DNA of 7,783 bases, taken from Octopus sinensis. Taxonomy: Eukaryota. The stretch covers positions 1 to 7,783 of the forward strand of contig NW_021828783.1 of assembly GCF_006345805.1 (NCBI RefSeq), in the 5' to 3' direction. The translations under genes and the position numbers were made by a program. Positions 1 through 7,783 of this stretch are shown piece by piece. The number at the start of each line of letters is the position of its first letter. The stretch's first letter is position 1. The notes under the pieces were generated by a model. The model searched no databases and was not told where the DNA came from. It saw only the letters and a program-made list of their open reading frames with translations.

Positions 1-108
1 ATAATGTTTTCATGGGCCCTTACAATACTGTTTTGAATCCCCAGTTTACTATTTGTTGCGTGGGTTCCCAAAAATCTGATATGGACTCTCAGGGGTTGGG
101 GACCGCTA
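1..108 (-). mobile_element. Terminus of a hAT (Charlie-like) non-autonomous element/MITE, cut by the window edge
   Basis: The reverse complement begins TAGCGGTCCCCAACCCCTGAGAGTCCATATCAGATTTT, resembling CAG-type hAT TIRs. The adjacent 8 bp GAGTAGAC (109-116) has a central TA like the Charlie target consensus. Similar to 3235-3296. Confidence 0.5.
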
Positions 109-171
109 GAGTAGACCATTGCTGTCTGGCGGCTGTACTAAAAACTGTCTGTTCCGGTCTTCTCTTCATAG

Positions 172-299
172 GCTGGGGCACCACAGTGTACTGGACATCT
201 GATTGGGGGTCAAATTGTGTAGTTGAATGTCTGAACATTTCAGGATAGGACGCTTGGTCCGCTAAAGATATCCCCTATCCTTCCCCGCTCTTTCTTATA
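172..299 (+). pseudogene. Possible decayed exon encoding a YWTD (LDL-receptor class B) repeat
   Basis: A polypyrimidine tract and AG end at 171. The translation is GWGTTVYWTSDWGSNCVVECLNISG*DAWSAKDIPYPSPLFLI, which resembles the YWTDWG..IEC.N.DG....I.WP.GL.LD pattern. It has an in-frame TAG at 246-248 and indels. Confidence 0.25.
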
Positions 300-311
300 T
301 GTTTTGGCGTT

Positions 312-368
312 AGAGTCAACTCCCCCCTCGCTCACCCGAACTTGCTGGCCTTGTGCTAAAATTTGAAA
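312..368 (+). mobile_element. 3' tail fragment of the Meta-like SINE family
   Basis: TTGCTGGCCTTGTGCTAAAATTTGAAA matches the reverse complement of the SINE tail at ~7199-7225 (CTGCTGGCCTTGTGCCAAAATTAGA). Confidence 0.65.
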
Positions 369-396
369 TCATCATCATCATCATCATCATTATCAT
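368..396 (+). repeat. (ATC)n microsatellite
   Basis: Read directly; abuts the SINE tail. Confidence 0.95.
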
Positions 397-423
397 GGTC
401 ATCGCCGTGACTGTTGTTATGGC

Positions 424-489
424 GAAGTCGACATAATCAACTTTTTCTTCCCCTCAAAAACAGCTGACCTATGCGTAAATTCGAAACTA
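424..489 (+). mobile_element. Degenerate 3' fragment of the Meta-like SINE family
   Basis: GTCGACATAATCAACT...CCCCTCAAAAACAGCTGACCTATGCGTAAATTCGAAA parallels GTCGATATAATCGACT...GCTGGCCTTGTGCCAAAATT of the minus-strand copies. Confidence 0.55.
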
Positions 490-555
<66 letters not shown>

Positions 556-626
556 TACTATTATTATTATTATCATCATTATTATTATTATCATCATCAT
601 CATCATCATCATTATTATTATTATTA

Positions 627-661
<35 letters not shown>

Positions 662-688
662 TATTATTGTTGTTATTATTATTATTAA
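490..688 (+). repeat. (ATT)n microsatellite with (ATC)n patches
   Basis: Read directly; explains the poly-I/poly-L ORF 471-812. Confidence 0.97.
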
Positions 689-889
689 CGGCTGCTATTA
701 TAGTTTATTAATGTGTGTAACATTATCATTGTTGTATGTTATTCCATTTTGTTTTCAACCATTTCAACAAAAAATAAAAATAAAAAAGAAAAAAGAACCA
801 TTTTCGCCATAAAATCACGCTGGTTGTTTTACATGGGAAAATGGCTGCTCCATTCGACATTATGGCGTCGACAGATTTACTCTCACCCA

Positions 890-1041
890 GACACCCACAC
901 CCACTCACCAATCGCACACGCACCTACACCATCACACACACACACACACAAACTCTTACACGCACATGTGTGTAATTGTGTGTGATTGAGTGTGTGTGTG
1001 TGTGTAATTGTGTGTATGTGTGTGTGTGTGTGTGTGTGTGT
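890..1041. repeat. Degenerate (CA)n tract directly followed by a (TG)n tract
   Basis: CA-rich 890-966, TG-rich 967-1041, centred on the palindrome CACATGTG (963-970). Confidence 0.9.
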
Positions 1042-1132
1042 AGTTAGATGCATATCTATGCAGATTCACATACTAGCATTGTGTATGTATGTATGTTCAT
1101 GTACGTATCTATGTGTGTACAGGTACATAGGT

Positions 1133-1133
1133 A

Positions 1134-1230
<97 letters not shown>

Positions 1231-1241
1231 ATCTATCTATC

Positions 1242-1307
<66 letters not shown>

Positions 1308-1318
1308 ATCTATCTATC

Positions 1319-1378
<60 letters not shown>

Positions 1379-1379
1379 G

Positions 1380-1430
<51 letters not shown>

Positions 1431-1442
1431 GATCTATCTATC
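1133..1442 (+). repeat. (TATC)n / GATA tetranucleotide microsatellite
   Basis: About 310 bp of near-perfect TATC with TTTC and GATC variants. Confidence 0.98.
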
Positions 1443-1575
1443 TCAGTCTGTCTGTCGCTCTCTCTCTCTCCAGACATATATGCGCTTGTATATGTATATA
1501 TAATGAATGTACACACACATATACCGTACACACACGCATATACAATAAACATAGTGACATATATTTACATATACT

Positions 1576-1868
1576 GTGTGTGCATGTATGTATGTGTATA
1601 CTTATGTATATATATATATTTTATGTATGTTTCCATGTATTAATGCAAGATGTATTTATGTGTTTGTATACATGGATGTGTGTGTGTGCGTATGTATGTG
1701 TGTATATGTAGGTATGTATGTGTGTATGAATGTATGTATGGATGTGTGTATGTATGTGTATGTATGTATGTATGTATGTATGTATGTATGTATGAATGTA
1801 TGTATGTATATGTACATGTATGTATGTGTATATGTATGTATGTATGTATGTATGTGTGTATGTATGTG

Positions 1869-1900
<32 letters not shown>

Positions 1901-2246
1901 TGAATTTATGTAAGTATGTGTGTGTATGGATGTATGAATGTATGTAAGTATGTGTGTGTATGTTTGTATGTATGTATGTATGTATGTATGTATGTATGAA
2001 TGTATGTATGTATGTATGTATGTATGTACGTATGTACGTATGTATGTATGTATGTATGCATGTATGTATGTCTGTCTGTATGTATGTATGTATGTATGTA
2101 AGTATGTGTGTGTATGGATGTATGTATGTATGTTTGTATGTATGTATGATGTATGTATGTATGTATGTATGTATGTATGTCTGTATGTATGTATGTGTAT
2201 GTATGTATGTATGTATGTATATATGTATGTATGTATATATATATGT
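1576..2246 (+). repeat. (TATG)n degenerate tetranucleotide array
   Basis: Read directly; explains the MYVC-repeat ORFs. Confidence 0.97.
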
Positions 2247-2708
2247 TAGCTTAATGAGAAAGAAAGAAACCTGTTGAACGTCTTGCTACGTAAGTACAGG
2301 CGCCGCGCGTGTGTATGTATGTATGTATGTGCGTGCCGAGGGCGGCGGCGTTGCCGGGGGGACCCGTTGTTGATGTTCTGGTCGTTGTAGTGGTGGAGGG
2401 CGGCGTTGGAGCCGCAAATGTTTTACTACAATAAATCACACACAACCATTTCCATCGAAGTACACCCAGGTTTATGTGTTTAAACAATGTCGTGGATTGT
2501 GTTTTTGTAGTTCGACTTACACGATCGACGTGTCGTCGGGGATTAATGTCTGGCCGCCGCTTGTTTGAAGAAAGGACGACTACAAGGAAGCTTCTTCTGA
2601 GTGGCCTGTCAATCGTTCTGCTAGAAACAACAGCTAAGGCTCTGATCGAATCACATATGACAGCATGCCCTATCGACACTGCTTCAGGATAGAATGAGTG
2701 GGCATTAA

Positions 2709-3112
2709 TCTTTATATATAAAAGTGAGGTTGTGTGCTGTCTGTCTCCTACGATTTAGATTCCTAGCTACTCCCACATTTTGTGGTGCAGTTTAACCAAA
2801 ACCGGGTATCTTATAGTCGCGATTCATATCGAGCCCTTCTGGGTATTAGCGTGCCGTCTACTACATGAGGTCTACGATTTAAAAAAAAATTTACCATCAT
2901 TTTTTCCATTTTAATGCATTTTTTTCGCTATTATATAAGGGAAGTAACTCCCTAAAAATGTCTACGATGAGTCAACGATTAAAAAAAAATTACCATAATT
3001 GTTTTTTCCATTTTCAATGCATTTTTTGGCTATTTTTTGGCTATAACTCTCTAAAAATGCTTATATAGTTATTTCCCTTACAAACCCGAGCAATGCCGGG
3101 CGATACTGCTAG
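2709..3112 (+). mobile_element. Complete non-autonomous Helitron (404 bp)
   Basis: 5' TC (TCTTTATATATAAAAG) follows host A2708. 3' CTAG (3109-3112) precedes host T3113. GC-rich subterminal hairpin CCCGAGCAATGCCGGG (3085-3100) lies 8 nt before CTAG. No TSD. Internal ~100-bp tandem duplication. Confidence 0.88.
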
Positions 3113-3234
3113 TCTGTTATAATGCTAAAGTGGGGTTTTGAAGTCAGTGTATCACTGTAAATCTGAGGGGGCACCGTTGAACAATGTGGGGTCAGTGCTG
3201 TCGATTGCACCCCTTAAGCGATAGGCATGTATAC

Positions 3235-3300
3235 CAGTGCTTTTCAACTGGGGTCAATATGGCCCTTTGAAGTCAATATAAAATTTTGTTATTAAAGATT
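3235..3300 (+). mobile_element. 5' end of a hAT-like MITE, truncated
   Basis: CAGTGCTTTTCAACTGGGGTCAATATGGCCC resembles CAGTGGTTCTCAA-type hAT TIRs. The preceding 8 bp ATGTATAC has a central TA. Related to the reverse complement of 61-108. Confidence 0.5.
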
Positions 3301-3460
3301 GTAAGCGAGAAATTCGTTGATTCCCCAGCCCAGCCACATGGTTCCGGGTTCAGTCCCACTGCGTGACACCTTGGGCAAGTGTCTTCTACTTTAGCCTCGG
3401 GCCGACCAAATCCTTGTGAGTGGATTTGTAGACGGAAACTGAAAGAAAGAGCCCGTCGTG

Positions 3461-3502
<42 letters not shown>

Positions 3503-3693
3503 ATATATGTATGTATGAGTTTGTGCGTGTGTCTGTGTTAGTTCTTCCACTATCGCTTGACGGCCGATATCGGCGTGTTTACGTCCCCGTAACTTAGCGG
3601 TTCGGCATAAAAGAGACCGATAGAATACGTACCAAGCTTACAAAGAGCGGTACCCCTGCATGACCGCACTCAAATGACCGAAACAAATAAAAG
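3301..3693 (+). mobile_element. tRNA-derived CORE-SINE (octopus OR2-like), degenerate 5' end
   Basis: B box GGTTCAGTCCC (3347-3357). MIR/CORE-like GACACCTTGGGCAAGTGTCTTCTACTTTAGCCTC. Internal (TA)n(TG)n. Colinear with 4227-4734 except for a deletion of roughly 35 bp near the 3' end. Confidence 0.85.
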
Positions 3694-3785
3694 CATACAC
3701 ACATACACACACTCACACGCACACACACACACACTCACTCACACACACACACTCACACACACACACTCACACGCACACACACACA
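3694..3785 (+). repeat. (CA)n microsatellite with CACT interruptions
   Basis: Read directly. Confidence 0.95.
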
Positions 3786-4126
3786 ACCTCTGTCGTACTC
3801 TCGTGGTATATTTATTCATGTATCAATAACGCATATTCTTCGTTTGATGGAATCTTAATATTTCCTGTCTCATGTCTTCATTGTTGATGTCCTTCTTAGA
3901 CGTGTTCCATTGTATTGGATGGGGTGGGGGTGGGGGCAGAGTCTTTGAGTGAATTGTCCATTCTTCCCGTCTTTTGCTCTCCGTTCGCCTCCTCCTCTCC
4001 CTCTCTCCCTCTCTCCCTTACAATGCCCTGTTTATTTAACCTCACCTTTTTCAATATTTTCAATGGTCAAAAGAATAGAACCGCAAAGAAAAGAATTCCA
4101 GTCATAGAGATGTGCGCGCATTCGCG

Positions 4127-4181
4127 TATACATACATACATATATGTATATATATATATGTACATATATATCTTATACTTG

Positions 4182-4212
<31 letters not shown>

Positions 4213-4226
4213 ATATATATATATAT
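4127..4226. repeat. (TA)n-rich microsatellite
   Basis: Read directly; abuts the SINE 5' end. Confidence 0.93.
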
Positions 4227-4734
<508 letters not shown>

Positions 4735-4756
4735 TTCAATCTAAGGTGACGTAACG

Positions 4757-5659
4757 TTTAACCCTTTGCCTGCCCTTTGCGCTGCATGGAATACACAGGA
4801 CATGTTTCCTTGGCGTTCTCAATTGTTTTTCAACCATGAGAGTAACGTGGGACTTATAGAGGGAAAGCTTTATATTAATGAGAACGTATGAAACAAAAAT
4901 TAATTAAAAGTCTGAAATTTGCCATCAAGATGTAGGACAAGATACTGTGATAGCCTGGGCTTCCGAGGCCCACAGCTCTACAATATCCTCCCGAAGAACC
5001 TAAGAAACCTGCATGGTGGATGTGGATGCAGATGTCTTTAAAAATGAAACTGGATCTCTTCTGTCAGGTGTCCAGATGAACCAACTTCACGGCATGAGGT
5101 GCAGATGAGGGCAGCTGCATCGAACTCTCTCATGCACCAAAATGGCAGTTGCTAAAAGCATTCGTGAAGTAAAATCATGTAGCACACCAAATGGCGGTGC
5201 CCCAGCATGGCCACAGCTTGTGAGCTGAAACTAAATAAAATAAAATAAAATAAAAAAAGACAAATATGGGACGTTTAGGACAAGCATAAGAAAATGCTTT
5301 GGACAGACAAAGGGTTAAGATGGTAGAGAGAGAGTTAGCTGCTATTGTTATTTCTAGCTTGCGAAAGCTCTGCCTCGGCTCATGCATAGACACGGGTTTC
5401 TTAACCGTTTGCTTCTCGTGTGGTATAATCACATCTGCTTACATGCCGGACATATTGTCTCGGTGTCTCTGCATCGTGTATGATACGCATTCCCAATTGG
5501 TTTTCAACCTCCAGAGTAATTTGGGATTTTTGAAAGGAAAGCTTTGTATTTCTCAGAACGTATGGAACAAAGATTAACCAAAAGTCTGAAGAGAAGAATC
5601 GACGTTTAGAACAAATTTATGAAAGTGTTAAGATGGCGGAGAGAGATTTGGTTGCTATT
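4757..5659 (+). repeat. Old direct duplication; copy A (~4757-4916 plus 5259-5348) interrupted by a LINE, copy B ~5400-5659
   Basis: CAATTGTTTTTCAACC...GGAAAGCTTT...AGAACGTATGAAACAAA...AAAAGTCTGAA recurs at ~5494-5590. GACGTTTAG...TTAAGATGG..GAGAGAGA...GCTATT recurs on both sides. Confidence 0.85.
4917..5258 (+). mobile_element. 5'-truncated LINE (CR1/L2-group) 3' fragment: frameshifted ORF2 C-terminus, 3' UTR and (TAAAA)n tail
   Basis: From 4922 it reads PSRCRTRYCDSLGFRGPQLYNILPKNLRNLHG, then across frameshifts DADVFK/KLDLF/LSGV/DEPTSRHEVQMRAAASNSLMHQ. This matches the (F/W)NxLP...FKxKLD C-terminal pattern of CR1-group ORF2. No clear TSD. Confidence 0.82.
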
Positions 5660-5911
5660 TTTTATTTTTATTTTATTCTATTTATTTTTTTTCCCCACAA
5701 GGGGCTAAACATAGAGGAGACAAACAAGCACAGACAAAGGGATTAAGTTGATTAAATCGACCCCAGTGCGTAACTGTTACTTATTTAATCGACCCCGAAA
5801 GGATGAAAGGCAAAGTCGACCTCGGCGGAATTTGAACTCAGAACGTAGCGGCAGACGAAATACCGCTAAGCATTTCACGTGACGTGCTAACGGTTCTGCC
5901 AAACCGCCGCC
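5657..5911 (-). mobile_element. Full-length tRNA-derived SINE with Meta/Sauria-like domain
   Basis: Minus strand: GGCGGCGGTTTGGCAGAACCG (A box 5901-5891), GAGTTCAAATTCC (B box 5839-5827), GCCTTTCATCCTTTCGGGGTCGATTAAATAAGTA domain, A-rich tail. Homologous to 7581-7763. Confidence 0.92.
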
Positions 5912-6215
5912 TTTAGGTTGCTCTTGGACACAACGTGCCGCACCGATCTAAAAAAAAAACTAGGTCGAAACTACAGCCTTAAAATCGCATGCCTAAAACC
6001 CCAACTACGAGGTCGCGTTGGGAAATTTTGCCATAAAGGAGGCACACAAACAGACTATCAACTAGATAGCTCATTTTAAAGAAATTACCTTTCTCTAATT
6101 GGTAGGTTAATTGATAAAGATGACATTTTAAGAAAACGGCTTTTTATCAACATATTTTATTCAATAAAAACAATAACAATATTTAAAAGCCGCAATAATT
6201 ATGCACCAACCCAAT

Positions 6216-6765
6216 GGATGGAAGCACTCCGTCGGTTACGACGACGAGGGTTCCGGTTGATCCGATCAACGGAACAGCCTGCTCGTGAAATTAACGTGTA
6301 AGTGGCTGAGCACGTCCACAGACACGTGCACCTTAACGTAGTTTCTCGGGGATATTCAGCGTGACACAGAGAGTGACAGGCCGGACCTTTGAAATACAGT
6401 ACAACAGAACCGGAAGTAAGAGTGAGAGAAAGTTTGGTGAAAGAGTACAGAGCAGGGATCACCACCATCCCCTGGCTGGAGCCTCGTGGAGCTTTTAGGT
6501 ATTTTCGCTCAATAAACACTCCCAGCGCCGGTCTGGGTATCGAAAACCGCGATCCTACACCGGCGAGTCCTGCCCTAACCACTGGGCCATTGCGCCTCCA
6601 CGGTGAAGAGTAGGCAACAGGGATCACACCATCCTGCCAGAGCCTCGTGGAGCTTTTTTAGATGTTTTCGCTCAATAAACACTCACAACGCCCGGTCTGG
6701 GAATCGAAATCGCGATCCTACGACCGCGAGTCCGCTGCCTTAACCACTGGGCCATTGCGCCTCCA
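6216..6765 (-). mobile_element. tRNA(Arg)-like SINE (octopus OR1-like) with tandemly duplicated head and 12-bp TSD
   Basis: Minus strand TGGAGGCGCAATGGCCCAGTGGTTA (A box) ... TTTCGATTCCCAGACC (B box) occurs twice (6602-6766, 6436-6601). Flanks are CACCAACCCAAT (6204-6215) and CACCAAACCAAT (6766-6777). Confidence 0.88.
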
Positions 6766-6938
6766 CACCAAACCAATACAACCAGGTAGATTAAAGAATA
6801 GCATGAAGAGGTGAATAGATCTAATGACCGTTAATAACAACAAGAACATTAGGGTGAAAGAGTGGGACTTCGAGCTGGGAGTCATCACGTACAGTAAACG
6901 AATATTAAACCTGTTTCCTTGTTGAACTTAATAGTGCA

Positions 6939-7204
6939 TTTAGATGATAAACCCTTATTTTCGTCTGCTTAGAAACGTAGAAACGAAAGGAAACCACGCG
7001 TGCGTAGCTGCCCTTAAGATTTAGATATCTGCCTAGTGTCAGAACTGGCTCAGGATATATTTGTCTAATTTTAGATGATAAACCCTTATTTTCGTCCGCT
7101 TAGAAACATAGAAACGAAAGGAAACCACGTGTGCGTAGCTGCCCTTAAGATTTAGATATCTGCCTTTAGTGTCAGAACTGGCTCAGGATATATATTTATC
7201 TAAT
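6939..7204 (+). repeat. Recent tandem duplication (131 bp + 135 bp)
   Basis: 6939-7069 versus 7070-7204 differ by 4 substitutions and two 2-bp indels. Confidence 0.96.
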
Positions 7205-7395
7205 TTTGGCACAAGGCCAGCAGTTTTGGGTAGAGGAGAGCAAGTCGGTTATATAGACCTTAGTATTTAACTGGTACATGTTCTATCGACATGGAATGGA
7301 TGACTTCGGCGGAATTTGAACTCAGATCGTAAAGAGCCGAAAGAAGTGTTAAGTATTCTGTCTGACGCGCCAGAGATTCTGTCAGCTGACCGCTT
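7199..7395 (-). mobile_element. Older, degenerate Meta-like SINE copy with alternative 3' tail (GGCCTTGTGCCAAAATTAG)
   Basis: B box reverse complement GGAATTTGAACTC near 7311-7323. Head reverse complement AAGCGGTCAGCTGACAGAATC. Internal deletion relative to 5657-5911. Confidence 0.8.
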
Positions 7396-7417
7396 GAAGG
7401 TCAAGAAATATTCTTGA

Positions 7418-7580
7418 TACAATAGACACAAGGCCTGAAATTTAGGTGGTGGGGAGGGGAAAATCGATTATATCGACCCCCATTGATCGACTGGCACTTA
7501 TTTTATCGACCTCGAAAGGAGGAAAGGCAATTCTGACATCGGCGGAATTTGAACTCAGAACGTAGCGGCAGACGAAATAT
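7418..7580 (-). mobile_element. Meta-like SINE copy lacking the A-box segment; terminal unit of a tandem array
   Basis: GGCGGAATTTGAACTCAGAACGTAGCGGCAGACGAAATA is identical to 5824-5862. Its tail is of the GGCCTTGTG type. Confidence 0.85.
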
Positions 7581-7783
7581 CTATTTCTTTACTACCCACA
7601 AGGGGCTAAACACAGAGAAGACAAACAATGACAGACAAAGAGATTAAGTCGATTATATCGACCCCAGTGCGTAACTGGTACTTATTTAATCGACCCCGAA
7701 AGGATGAAAAGGCAAAGTCACCTCGGCGGAATTTGAACTCAGAACATAGCGGCAGACGAATACCATTTCTTTACTACTACACA
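7581..7783 (-). mobile_element. Head-to-tail Meta-like SINE units (183-bp unit 7581-7763, next unit starts 7764 and runs off the window)
   Basis: High similarity to 5679-5863. Both junctions join GACGAA(A)TA(C/T) to C(T)ATTTCTTTACTAC. Confidence 0.9.

Noticed and set aside
471-2277. Multiple ORFs (poly-I/L, YLSI, MYVC repeats)
   Set aside because: Translations of stop-free microsatellites, with no coding signal.
3160-3229. GC-rich segment resembling a DNA-transposon end
   Set aside because: No convincing partner TIR or second copy in the window.
3917-3936. G-quadruplex-like GGATGGGGTGGGGGTGGGGG
   Set aside because: Only three long G runs and no functional context.
5585-5610. CTGAAGA as a possible hammerhead ribozyme core (also sought in the 183-bp tandem unit as a retrozyme)
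   Set aside because: No stem II or GAAA partner here, and no CTGANGA core seen on either strand of the tandem unit.
6006-6030. TACGAGG mariner-like TIR start
   Set aside because: No matching inverted end found.
6199-6627. 142-aa and 74-aa ORFs
   Set aside because: Lie almost wholly within the SINE, with no domain resemblance.
6690-6765. Possible tRNA gene on the minus strand
   Set aside because: tRNA-like head continuous with a SINE body and duplicated; not a clean cloverleaf.
7401-7417. Hairpin TCAAGAA-ata-TTCTTGA between SINE copies
   Set aside because: A short AT-rich palindrome expected by chance.
6939-7783. CRISPR-like repeat array
   Set aside because: Repeats are 130-185 bp duplications or SINEs without unique spacers, in a eukaryotic context.

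Overview
Repeat-dominated, non-coding animal DNA (intronic or intergenic), most likely from an octopus/coleoid cephalopod; this is inferred from the SINE families and the dense (ATT)n/(TATC)n/(TATG)n/(TA)n microsatellites. No intact protein-coding gene is supported. Almost every ORF in the track is a translation of microsatellite or SINE sequence. The window contains three tRNA-derived SINE families: a CORE-domain family with an internal microsatellite, a Meta/Sauria-like-domain family that also forms head-to-tail multimers, and a tRNA-Arg-like family with a doubled head and a target-site duplication (TSD). It also holds a 5'-truncated CR1-like LINE whose 3' stem-loop is shared with the CORE-SINE, a complete 404-bp non-autonomous Helitron, two hAT-like MITE ends, two local duplications and a possible decayed YWTD (LRP-like) exon. 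I see no clearly new biological system. The best leads are the LINE/SINE pair with a covarying 3' hairpin and the fixed-junction SINE multimer.
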